Shown one piece after another: positions 14,783 through 23,424 of a DNA stretch of 38,136 bases (positions are counted from its first letter, which is position 1; the number at the start of each line of letters is the position of its first letter). The DNA lies in the NCBI GenBank assembly GCA_028716125.1, contig JAQUQK010000003.1, positions 1 to 38,136 of the forward strand, in the 5' to 3' direction. The translations under genes were made by a program, and so were the position numbers. Origin of the DNA: Thermoplasmatota archaeon. Lineage in GTDB: Archaea; Thermoplasmatota; JAQUQK01. Below the pieces are notes generated by a model. It made no database searches, had not been told where the DNA came from, and worked only from the letters and a program-made list of their open reading frames with translations.

Positions 14783-16597
14783 TCACCAAAGTTTACTCGG
14801 CCCGACATCGCTCATATCTCCGCCCGTCCACGGCATTGTCCTTGCGTTTGGCATCGGCGGCTTTCTCATTCTGGCCGCTATAACATCATCCAAAAGAGTT
14901 CCTTCGCCGCCGCCGAAGTTTCTGGAGTACACAGCTTCTAAATTCGCCTGCCTAAATGCCGTGGCTCTATTTTCCTGATTGACGGCTTTATAAACCAAAT
15001 CCTGAATCTCTTGTCTGTTCAACTTAGGGCCAATCGCCCCTGCTGGCCGGCCGGGGTCATTCATAAACAAGTCTGCGATTTTGTCGATAGACTCCTCCGC
15101 GCCTCCTAAATCGCCGGGGATTCCGCCCATTCGCATAACCTTAAATCCGCCAATAGGACTTGCAGATATTACCTTCCACATTCCAGTATCGGCGACGAGC
15201 TGGTCAGTAGTAAGGCCAGTCCTGCCAACTGTTTTGCTTCCCCCCCTGCTCGGTGTGCCTCCACCTTCGGCGCTCTTGATAGTAGGCCCTGCCTGTTCTT
15301 TACCGGCTGCGGCAACACTTCCGGGCCGAGGCGCTAAACTGACATTCATAGAGGCCGGTAACTGAGTAGCGTTTGTCCTGCCTCCGGGTTCGCCGGGGCT
15401 TACATTAAGCCACGGTGCGTTTGCCATCACCCCCGCCGATGTTCTGCCGCCCGGTTCTCCCTTGTCGATTATTATTGGATTCACCCCGCCCGGATTCGCC
15501 ATTCTTAGAGGCGGTACAACATCAGGCGAGAATTGAGGTAACATGTCCCTTGATTCTAAATTAGCCGGTTCTGTTATCAACTCCCATCCGTGCTCTGTGG
15601 ATTCTTTGACCTCTGAGGGGTCAACGAGATACGTTCCACCATCGGGAGATTTCATTTGAACTTTGTTTGACTCGGGCGCGCCGCCAGTAGACGATTTTTG
15701 TGCTTCCGCAAGTTTTTTCTTCGCTTGATAAAGTCTATAAGCACCAACAATCGGTATCCCACTTGCGGCGGATGAAAGTGTTTTACTCCAATCTCTCCCG
15801 ACAGTTGTAGGTTTTTCAGGCCAGTTTTCGTTAAGAATTTTCTCGGCTGTTGGCAATAACTTTATTCCATCAGAAGAAAGGTTTTGCCAGGCATATTGAA
15901 CAGCATCGTCCCTTGTAGCTTCTCTCGTCTTACCATTACCAATATCCATTTGCGAGCCGGGTTTCATTACCCTTAGAGTGCCCAATGACTGTGCTATATG
16001 AGCAGGTGTAAAAACGGGTGTGGGCTTATTGCCAGTGTAACCTTTTGCAACGGAGACTATGTTGGTGGGATTCTTCAAATCCTGATAACCTATCAAGGTC
16101 CCGGCCTCGTCATATAACGGCTTGAAATTGGGATTTGTCTGTTTTGGCACGGCTTTAACGCCAGTGGGGGCCAGACCCCCCGTTTTCTTCGGTTGATAAT
16201 AAACTACATTGCCTTCTGAATCGTAACCTTGAACAGGCGCCCCAAATCCGCCCTCTGAATACATCTTGGCTCTTCCCATATTTTCATCTATTTGCGATTG
16301 GATAAGATTTCTCTTTATCCCTGTCGGTTCGTCTAACTGCTGACCCATTAAACTTGCTATTATAGATTGTTCAAAGGGCGACATATTTCTGGCTGGCGCG
16401 AATGGATTGAGGCCGTCAAGTATTCCGCCGAGTCCGCGAGGCCCTTTCAGTTGCGTATTCTGCTGAGAGAGGACTGATGCCAAATCCTGCTTTTGCGATA
16501 TACCATTCATAAGAGCGTCCATTATGGCTTTTTCGCGCCTGCGCTGTTTGATAGCGACTATCGCCTGAGCTAAAGATGGGTTTCCTGCATATTCCAT
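14783..16597 (-). CDS. Internal-virion-like protein (604 aa)
   Basis: Gly/Pro-rich with duplicated GEPGGRT motifs. Positioned between the 277-aa and 1686-aa genes. No enzymatic motif seen. Confidence 0.8.
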   Translation of the reverse strand: MEYAGNPSLAQAIVAIKQRRREKAIMDALMNGISQKQDLASVLSQQNTQLKGPRGLGGILDGLNPFAPARNMSPFEQSIIASLMGQQLDEPTGIKRNLIQSQIDENMGRAKMYSEGGFGAPVQGYDSEGNVVYYQPKKTGGLAPTGVKAVPKQTNPNFKPLYDEAGTLIGYQDLKNPTNIVSVAKGYTGNKPTPVFTPAHIAQSLGTLRVMKPGSQMDIGNGKTREATRDDAVQYAWQNLSSDGIKLLPTAEKILNENWPEKPTTVGRDWSKTLSSAASGIPIVGAYRLYQAKKKLAEAQKSSTGGAPESNKVQMKSPDGGTYLVDPSEVKESTEHGWELITEPANLESRDMLPQFSPDVVPPLRMANPGGVNPIIIDKGEPGGRTSAGVMANAPWLNVSPGEPGGRTNATQLPASMNVSLAPRPGSVAAAGKEQAGPTIKSAEGGGTPSRGGSKTVGRTGLTTDQLVADTGMWKVISASPIGGFKVMRMGGIPGDLGGAEESIDKIADLFMNDPGRPAGAIGPKLNRQEIQDLVYKAVNQENRATAFRQANLEAVYSRNFGGGEGTLLDDVIAARMRKPPMPNARTMPWTGGDMSDVGPSKLW

Positions 16598-17430
16598 TAG
16601 ATACCTCCCCCTGCTAACATCATTAACAGCCCTAATCCGTTATAGTTGCCCTTTCCCGCCAATAACTGCGACCACTGGCTCTCTTCGGAGGGATACAACC
16701 ATTGCTTTGAAGCTGCCGTTTGGGTCTGTGTCCCGTAAGGAGACACCCCTGCTACGCCCAGCGCTAACGGGGCCTGCACATTATAGGGGAACATCGTCTG
16801 GTCCATTTCCTGAGCGTAAGACGCTTGGTTAATCATATTCTCAATATCACGCGGCAAACTGCCGAAACCCGCTATTGCGCCGAGTCGCTTTAATATCTCA
16901 TTCGTTTCGTAGCTGGACAGTTGCGATATCCCCTCAAACTGCCGGCTGCGCTCGGCCTCAGCGTAAGGGGCCAGAGTTCCAGCAAGATTTTCTCCACCTT
17001 CACGGACTATCCGGCCAAGAGAGGATACTGCCGGGCCGGAAGAGAGCGCCCCGCCCATCTGAAATTTTCGCCCCATCCTATTAGCCGCCGTATTCATATC
17101 CTCGGTAACTCTTTTGACAATCGGCTCAAACCACGGAGTTTTGGTAATGTCCAGATAATCCCCGCCGACTGTCCTTTTCAATTCATCCAGCCCCATCTGC
17201 CAACCTTCGGACGGCGGCCCTCCGACCCAATTTGAAAGAGTATTTTGGCCCGCCTGTTCAGCCGGCGTCATACCGGCAATGTCTAACGTAGGTAGTGTCG
17301 GAGGAGTTCCGCTATACAGACCATAAAGAAAGTTTAACGCCGCTTTCTGTTGCCCGGTATATGCGCGAGTGCCCGAACCGGAGGACTTCTCTTTGGTATA
17401 TTGAGGACTCGTATTGAAAAAGTTTGCCAT
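16597..17430 (-). CDS. Internal-virion-like protein (277 aa)
   Basis: ORF track. Hydrophobic Gly-rich C-terminus (GLGLLMMLAGGGI). Shares nt 16597 with the downstream gene's start. Confidence 0.75.
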   Translation of the reverse strand: MANFFNTSPQYTKEKSSGSGTRAYTGQQKAALNFLYGLYSGTPPTLPTLDIAGMTPAEQAGQNTLSNWVGGPPSEGWQMGLDELKRTVGGDYLDITKTPWFEPIVKRVTEDMNTAANRMGRKFQMGGALSSGPAVSSLGRIVREGGENLAGTLAPYAEAERSRQFEGISQLSSYETNEILKRLGAIAGFGSLPRDIENMINQASYAQEMDQTMFPYNVQAPLALGVAGVSPYGTQTQTAASKQWLYPSEESQWSQLLAGKGNYNGLGLLMMLAGGGI

Positions 17431-17439
17431 TTTTTACCT

Positions 17440-17613
17440 CTACGGCTCTAATGCCACTATCCTTGTTTCAAAATTCAAAAGGGTGTCGTATATTTGCTGG
17501 TGGTCTTTTTGTAATTCATCGTTCACGCGGCGAAGATGGTCCTTGACTTCCGGCTTAACTGTATCAGAAAGTTCGCCTGGATTCGGCAGATTAAGTTTCT
17601 TCGGTAATTTCAT
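17440..17613 (-). CDS. Small coiled-coil protein (57 aa), below the ORF-track cut-off
   Basis: Hand translation: MKLPKKLNLPNPGELSDTVKPEVKDHLRRVNDELQKDHQQIYDTLLNFETRIVALEP. It has an ATGA overlap with the stop of the 612-aa gene and fills the 17431..17609 gap. Confidence 0.45.
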   Translation of the reverse strand: MKLPKKLNLPNPGELSDTVKPEVKDHLRRVNDELQKDHQQIYDTLLNFETRIVALEP

Positions 17614-19448
17614 TGTTCACCGTCCAACGCAAATCCGTGAAAATACAGTCCTAAAAAACCAAACCTGTTCGATGCCTGCTGGCGAAATAGAAAGTCCCGG
17701 CTTCTTATATCGAGAGGCATAAATTTACGAACAGTTCTCCCATTGCCTTGCAGGTCAATACTCTTCCAAGTCTGCCAGTTGGCGTCATCTTCGCGCTTGT
17801 AACTGTGAATAACCGCATATCCTGTTACGCCTTCGGCATCATAAAACGCCGTAACACCCTCGTTGATTCTCTTAAAAGTCCCAAGCGTCTGAGCGTCGGT
17901 AAGGTCTGTCGAGAGAACAAGGGTCCCGATAAAAGACGTTTCGCAATCATCATCGGAGTAATGCAGTCGCCAGGTATGACCATCGTAATCGGAGGCCAGG
18001 AGCATAAGAAAGCCCTGTTTAACGTCCACGGAATCTATCGTCTCGAATCCAATACTGTCTATCGTGGGGAATAGTGCCGTTAGTCCGTCTATCGTTAGCG
18101 TTTCCTGATTAGTGAATTTACCAAAGGTGCAAATGCCGGAGGTCAAAGGCAGTTTATACCAAACGTCCAAATCTCGCTGGTTGAGGTCGTAGGCGATAAC
18201 CAAATCGTTGCCGGTTGAGCTGGCAGAAGCAGCAATCGACCAATAAATAAAATTATACTCGTCTATGTAAGCCGATGAAATACTCTCCTCGTAGTCGTGG
18301 TTTATGCCTTTAACGGTAAGGTCTATCGGGCCGGAAATCGGGTTTATACTGAGTAGTTTATGAATCGCATAGTCAGTACCCCAAAAGTAAAGATTGCCGT
18401 CCTTGTCGTTGCAGACTGAATGGGTAGCCAACAGACCGAGATTGCCGTTCAATTCGTCATTCTGGAAAATTATATCCTCTGTGGTAAGCCAACTCCTATG
18501 AATCGAACCTTTACCCTCACCCTTTGTAAAAGTGATAAGGTTGTTCGCGCCGTAAATACCAAAACCTTTAATTGCTATCTTGCCGAGAAAATCGTTGTAA
18601 TAAGCATCCCCTGCCCCGGCTTGCAGCCAATCCGCAGGATCAGCCAAAGAACACCATCGCCGCCTTGTCGGATAAATCGTCCCGTCCTCAGTTGTATAAC
18701 CAAGAAAGATATAGTTTTCATAGACTTTTAAGTAATTGGCGGCCGTCAGATATTTACCCGTATCGTATTCGATGCCGCTTGCGCTTCCTAACGGCGCAAA
18801 ATCAGAGCCCGGAGTCTCATCATCCCAAACAAGAACGAAGTCCACTCCGTTTGTAGCATAAACCTTATTGCCTAATTTGTCGGTACACCACAAGGTACAA
18901 GCACCACTACAAGTAAACTTCAAAGTAAATGCGGAATAATCGCTGCGCCAGCGATAGATATGGGCCTTTGTAAATGCAAAAAGATACTCCGATGAACTTG
19001 CCGCCTTGTTGTGCAGATGATACCAAAGTATTGGGTTTGCGTCAGGAGCAGCAACCTTTGTACCCAAAACGCCTATCGTATAAGCAAGACCGCTTTCATC
19101 CGCTAAAGCGTTTTCAGTAAGGGTTATCTGAGTAATACTATCAACAGATAGAATCTCGTAAGTATTGTCGCCTATCACCATCGACCGACCGGCCCACAAG
19201 GGAGTTTCGGAGCCATCACCCCAACCAGTACCTACGCCTGTAACTACCGCCGAACCCAATGTCGTTGAAACCTTGCCGGTAGAATATACGCTCTCGGTAA
19301 AAACTTTTGAACGGCCTCGTATGCGCCGGACTCTATTCTCACGCATAATAACATTCTCAGACTCCTCGGCCATAAATGCGCGGGAAAGTTTTATCTGAGG
19401 AACATCCTCACGGACGCCGTTCAAATTGTCCATTATGGCAAACTGCAT
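17610..19448 (-). CDS. Tail tubular B / nozzle-like beta-propeller protein (612 aa)
   Basis: The N-terminus LNGVREDVPQIKLSRAFMAEESENVIMRENRVRRIRG resembles the G-V-x..N-x..R-x-G opening of podovirus nozzle proteins (from memory). The body is rich in beta-propeller-like W/Y/G repeats. Confidence 0.55.
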   Translation of the reverse strand: MQFAIMDNLNGVREDVPQIKLSRAFMAEESENVIMRENRVRRIRGRSKVFTESVYSTGKVSTTLGSAVVTGVGTGWGDGSETPLWAGRSMVIGDNTYEILSVDSITQITLTENALADESGLAYTIGVLGTKVAAPDANPILWYHLHNKAASSSEYLFAFTKAHIYRWRSDYSAFTLKFTCSGACTLWCTDKLGNKVYATNGVDFVLVWDDETPGSDFAPLGSASGIEYDTGKYLTAANYLKVYENYIFLGYTTEDGTIYPTRRRWCSLADPADWLQAGAGDAYYNDFLGKIAIKGFGIYGANNLITFTKGEGKGSIHRSWLTTEDIIFQNDELNGNLGLLATHSVCNDKDGNLYFWGTDYAIHKLLSINPISGPIDLTVKGINHDYEESISSAYIDEYNFIYWSIAASASSTGNDLVIAYDLNQRDLDVWYKLPLTSGICTFGKFTNQETLTIDGLTALFPTIDSIGFETIDSVDVKQGFLMLLASDYDGHTWRLHYSDDDCETSFIGTLVLSTDLTDAQTLGTFKRINEGVTAFYDAEGVTGYAVIHSYKREDDANWQTWKSIDLQGNGRTVRKFMPLDIRSRDFLFRQQASNRFGFLGLYFHGFALDGEQ

Positions 19449-19726
19449 CAGTAATACTCAACAACCTGCCAAGTGTAAGTTATTGTTTCGCTGTTCGGGC
19501 TACTGTGGCCTATGTTAAGTGTCAAAGTAGCTCCATCGGCTGCAAGAAGCGGAGCAATGTTGACTGCAGAACCGTTATATGTTCCAGCCGCGGCATAGGC
19601 GTAAACAACCGCCTTGTCTGGATCTACGTCAGTAATATCAACTACTACGGCACTCATTGAAGTAGCCGGCACAACTACCGTGGCGCTACCGCGCTGTATT
19701 GATTTTATACCTGTCCCAAATTCCAT
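19448..19726 (-). CDS. Small beta-rich structural protein
   Basis: ORF track, 92 aa. Shares nt 19448 with the downstream gene's start. Confidence 0.55.
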   Translation of the reverse strand: MEFGTGIKSIQRGSATVVVPATSMSAVVVDITDVDPDKAVVYAYAAAGTYNGSAVNIAPLLAADGATLTLNIGHSSPNSETITYTWQVVEYY

Positions 19727-19734
19727 AAATCACC

Positions 19735-20421
19735 TTAACTTTCAACTGTCCAAACGCCGCCGATATTTGTTATGTAAATTGATGTTCCATCAGACTCTAA
19801 CTCTATAAGGGAACCTACTACAAGGGCTGCGATATATTTGCCGGCAGCAGAGGCCCCATTTTTGACCATATAAAACGAAACGCCGGCAGGAGGTATTATT
19901 CTTATCCCATCGGCGTCAGTTACGAGGAACGTGGCTTTTTGACCCGCAGCGAGCGCAGGCCAGGTGAACGGAACAACTGCTGTCGTTCCGGTATTAGTGA
20001 ATGTTTTGTTGCCTTTCAAATCCGCCGCCACAAGCGAATAGGCCCCGACCTTCGCTACTTGAAGGTGTCCGAGAAGCGATAAGCCGCCGCTGGTAATTTG
20101 TATCGTATTCCCAGCCCCATCTGTAAAGTAGTATTCGCCATCTACCTCGGAGCGATACATCACCGCTTTGTCGGCATCGAGAGCTGCTATCTCCACCGCC
20201 GATAGCGTTCTAAGAGTAACCTTCCTATGCTCCCCGGTGTCCGTATCGCTTACCTGCGTGCCGGTCTTGGGCCAGTAGTGGTCGCCGGTATCGGCTACTC
20301 CGTTGTGGTCGTTCATCCGTTCCTGTATTGCCGCCTTAGATTCTCTGATTCTATCGTCTATCACATCAGGAGCTTGGGAACCGAGCGGAGTATTTGTATC
20401 AAACGTATTTGTTAAAGTCAT
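19735..20421 (-). CDS. Tail-fibre-like protein (228 aa)
   Basis: The N-terminus PLGSQAPDVIDDRIRESKAAIQERMN matches the common fibre/tail N-terminal pattern. The remainder is Gly/Thr/Ala-rich beta sequence. Confidence 0.55.
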   Translation of the reverse strand: MTLTNTFDTNTPLGSQAPDVIDDRIRESKAAIQERMNDHNGVADTGDHYWPKTGTQVSDTDTGEHRKVTLRTLSAVEIAALDADKAVMYRSEVDGEYYFTDGAGNTIQITSGGLSLLGHLQVAKVGAYSLVAADLKGNKTFTNTGTTAVVPFTWPALAAGQKATFLVTDADGIRIIPPAGVSFYMVKNGASAAGKYIAALVVGSLIELESDGTSIYITNIGGVWTVES

Positions 20422-21026
20422 TATTCACCTACAATCTGCGGCTCAGTAGGCATTTCAAGCCGCCTTATTTCTCTTTCAGCGTAGTAAAGTTGACTATACT
20501 TCGTTACCGTCTCAACAGGTCGATTAGTCAGTACCGCCTTAAAATATGCGGTCCCTAAATTGATAGCGTTTGCGAACTCATCGCCGAACTCGATGGTAGT
20601 TATACTCTGAGCGTGAAACTTATAATGCTTTATCTTCGCTGTATAAGCACCATCAGCCGGGGGATAAATGTAAAACTTCTTATTGAACTCCGTTTGATGT
20701 GTCGGCTCCCCTACTCCGTTTGAACTGTAATTCTGCATAAGCCGACCGTATTCACTCATCCCCCCTGGAATTAACTTGAGAGGTTTGCCGTCATAACTGC
20801 CATCGTTCAAAACGATGGAGATTAACTGCTTGAAGGCGGTCGGATAGTTGAGAGTCTTACCTTCCAAAACAAGAGACTGAGATATATCCTCTGCCGGCAG
20901 GAGATTGCAGTTTGACAAGTCGTTAAGACAAGTTTGTAAGGCGATATCATACGCCGTAGAGGTAGCCAACTCCTCTAATTTGAGGGCTTCGTTTACAAAA
21001 CTTATTATCCCGGCCTTCGTTATCAT
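20421..21026 (-). CDS. Head-tail adaptor / tail tubular A-like protein (about 201 aa)
   Basis: The track ORF starts at an upstream GTG (21137). The ATG at 21026 (MITKAGIISFVNEAL...) forms a TAATG overlap with the upstream stop. Function is inferred from size and position only. Confidence 0.45.
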   Translation of the reverse strand: MITKAGIISFVNEALKLEELATSTAYDIALQTCLNDLSNCNLLPAEDISQSLVLEGKTLNYPTAFKQLISIVLNDGSYDGKPLKLIPGGMSEYGRLMQNYSSNGVGEPTHQTEFNKKFYIYPPADGAYTAKIKHYKFHAQSITTIEFGDEFANAINLGTAYFKAVLTNRPVETVTKYSQLYYAEREIRRLEMPTEPQIVGE

Positions 21027-21565
21027 TAGTGTTGTACCGAAATACTCCAACAGTGTCTTATGAAGTCTATTTTTGCGGGTATACTGTTCGGCTCGGTGTT
21101 GTTCGGGTCGAGTCGGGCGTATAGCGCAGCCGCGCACGGGTCGGGGGTTGTAACCTGAGATATATCAACTTGCAACTTATCCGAACCGAACATCGAATCA
21201 TAAACATTAGCCGGTAATACTGAATACTCCTGCCAAACAGGCAAGGCCCCGCTTTCTTGAACGGAGATTAACAATCTTCCGGGAGTGTTGGTGTCGGTAG
21301 CATCAAGCTTGATATCATACCAGCCATACTCATCGTGAACGGAGTTGTTGTTGGCGTCATTCTTCTGCGCAAAGTTGCCGCCTTCTTTCGATAACCGAAC
21401 ATCGGACTGGTCTATATCGAGGGCAGTTTCGGGAGTGTTACCATCACTATTGTCCACGAAAGGTCCTAACTTAACGGTCGCGGCGGTGCTCTGCTTCAAA
21501 TACTGCATGCCTGAGCAAGCCAGGCAAAAGACTGTTAGTAATATCAAAATCTGCTTCGGTTTCAT
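21026..21565 (-). CDS. Structural-module protein with signal-peptide-like N-terminus (179 aa)
   Basis: MKPKQILILLTVFCLACSG is followed by an Asp/Asn/Thr-rich beta domain (VDNSDGNTPETALDIDQSDVRLSKEGG...DATDTNTPGRL). Confidence 0.65.
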   Translation of the reverse strand: MKPKQILILLTVFCLACSGMQYLKQSTAATVKLGPFVDNSDGNTPETALDIDQSDVRLSKEGGNFAQKNDANNNSVHDEYGWYDIKLDATDTNTPGRLLISVQESGALPVWQEYSVLPANVYDSMFGSDKLQVDISQVTTPDPCAAALYARLDPNNTEPNSIPAKIDFIRHCWSISVQH

Positions 21566-21566
21566 A

Positions 21567-23375
21567 TTATCTCCTTTGTCGATAGTTATACATAATTGCA
21601 GGGAGAGAACCCCTGAATAGTAAGTTCACTTCGGCTGGCGTTAGAACGTCATTGTAAAGGCGAACATCGTCTATCATACCGTCGAACCTGTTTACATTGC
21701 CTCCGATGCGAGCGGTGCTACAAGTGAAGGCTGCCGTGAGGGTTATAACAACGTGATGCCACTGGCCGTCATTTGGAACAGTAGCCGTAACCTGACCATC
21801 AACGTAGTAAACGACTGTGGGAGAACCTGCCGTTAATCCGTTTCTGCCCAAAGTTGCACCCACTAACTGAAACGAATTGGCAGTGGTGAGTTGAAAAATT
21901 CTCTTTGTGCCGGTAAGATTGTCCGGCTTAATCCAAGCTGTGATGGATTTTACGCCGGGGGGATTGCCTACGGAAACACTTTCCGTATTAGCAAGGTCTA
22001 AATCCAGACCGCCATTTATCTTTCCTGTTACTGCACCATCGGGAGTATTTATGGCGGTAGTTCCTGACTGATAGGTTCCATTGTAAGTACCCATCTCGTC
22101 AGGTATGGTCGAAGCCGTTAAAGCCAAAGTCCCCGTAGCCGTCCCCGATGTAGAAGCTGTGTAATTGCCAAAGGGACTTGTGTTATTCAAATACCAATGA
22201 CGCGGACTCTTCACCCCTAAAGCTGGCGATATAATCCAGTTCGGGTCAGACCACCAGATATACCACGTCGGCGCATCAATCGTAAGGGTAGCTAATTTGC
22301 CTGTATAAACCGGAATCGTATCCTCATCCTTACCTTGATAGGGAATGTAGGTAATACCGTCATAAGTAAATGGAGGCCCTGCACGCCAAGTACCTGCATC
22401 GTCAATAACCGCACCTACGTTAAGCAGGGGGTTTAATGTCGATAATTCTGTAACTGTTGTGAAATTATCAGTATAAAAATAGCAGGTAGTAACAGGGCCG
22501 TAAAGCGAAGCTGTTGTAGCCACAGATATATACCACCTTGTGGTGTTTCCCGCTAATTGAAACAGCGCAGGGTCTGCGGCACGAACATTGCCGTTATCTG
22601 CGGTAGTCGTGGTCGTAGTGCCGCCACTCATAAGAGGATTGCCGGCGTATTTAGTGAACGGGCCTGTCGGACTCGATGATGTTGCGTAGCCCACTTTCTC
22701 ATAAGTATCGACCGCGCCTATCACGCCGTTATTACCCATATAGAACAGGTAATAAGTAGAACCGGATTTTATAACAAACGGTTCGCCAACTGCGGTATCG
22801 TCCCAAGTATCGGCTGCGCCTTTTTCAAGAATAGTAGTTGCCGCAGACCAAGTTTTGTTTGGCTCGGTAGCAACGGTTCTGACATCTATCGTATCTGTTG
22901 TGTGGTAATAGAGATACCAAGTTGAATCATATTTGACCAGTTGCGGCCTCGAACCAGCTGCAACAATTCCTGTGGCAAGCGTCCAAGTGTCTGTCGGGTC
23001 AGATGCGGAATATATATAAATGAGTCCGCTATCCACATCACTTATCGGCCACCACCATATCTCATTTGCAGAATCGTAAATGGGATTTCCAGTGGAGTAG
23101 TTGCCATCTGTCGGCAGTGTCGGTGTCGTAGCGTTTATTATCTGCCAGCCGCAGACGGAAGCAGACCAGCTCCTATTGCCATTATATATATCGCCCGCAG
23201 TGTAAGTGCCAACAACATCGGGCTTGATAGTTCCTATAACTGCACAGGTAGGTACGGAGTTGGCTTTGAGATTGTCCATAGTCCAACGGGCTATAAGATT
23301 AGGGTCAACCGCACCACATGTCCCCGCCAGTAGCAGAATCAAAACACCTGCGATTTTTATTTTATGATTTCTCAT
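21567..23375 (-). CDS. GH43-like five-bladed beta-propeller plus LamG/ConA-like lectin domain protein (tailspike/depolymerase candidate)
   Basis: Propeller-type segment: WDDTAVGEPFVIKSGSTYYLFYMG...VGYATSSSPTGPFTKY. C-terminal LamG signature: NRFDGMIDDVRLYNDVLTPAEVNLLF. The likely start is the ATG at 23375 (MRNHKIKIAGVLILLLAGTCGA), because the track start at 23474 overlaps the upstream gene and a terminator hairpin. Confidence 0.7.
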   Translation of the reverse strand: MRNHKIKIAGVLILLLAGTCGAVDPNLIARWTMDNLKANSVPTCAVIGTIKPDVVGTYTAGDIYNGNRSWSASVCGWQIINATTPTLPTDGNYSTGNPIYDSANEIWWWPISDVDSGLIYIYSASDPTDTWTLATGIVAAGSRPQLVKYDSTWYLYYHTTDTIDVRTVATEPNKTWSAATTILEKGAADTWDDTAVGEPFVIKSGSTYYLFYMGNNGVIGAVDTYEKVGYATSSSPTGPFTKYAGNPLMSGGTTTTTTADNGNVRAADPALFQLAGNTTRWYISVATTASLYGPVTTCYFYTDNFTTVTELSTLNPLLNVGAVIDDAGTWRAGPPFTYDGITYIPYQGKDEDTIPVYTGKLATLTIDAPTWYIWWSDPNWIISPALGVKSPRHWYLNNTSPFGNYTASTSGTATGTLALTASTIPDEMGTYNGTYQSGTTAINTPDGAVTGKINGGLDLDLANTESVSVGNPPGVKSITAWIKPDNLTGTKRIFQLTTANSFQLVGATLGRNGLTAGSPTVVYYVDGQVTATVPNDGQWHHVVITLTAAFTCSTARIGGNVNRFDGMIDDVRLYNDVLTPAEVNLLFRGSLPAIMYNYRQRR

Positions 23376-23385
23376 TTTAATAATA

Positions 23386-23412
23386 GGGCGAGCGGCGAAA
23401 AGCCGCCCGCCC
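23386..23412 (-). terminator. GC-rich hairpin between the 645-aa gene and the GH43-like gene
   Basis: GGGCGAGCGGC-GAAAA-GCCGCCCGCCC, an 11-bp stem with one mismatch. On the minus strand it is followed by TATTATTAAAATG. Confidence 0.45.
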
Positions 23413-23424
23413 CAATTAAGCAAA

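Noticed and set aside
21026-21137. The GTG-initiated N-terminal extension of the adaptor-like ORF overlaps the upstream gene by 112 nt.
   Set aside because: The internal ATG at 21026 forms a TAATG stop-start junction typical of this genome. The extension (MRGCAIRPTRPEQHRAEQ...) looks like off-frame sequence.
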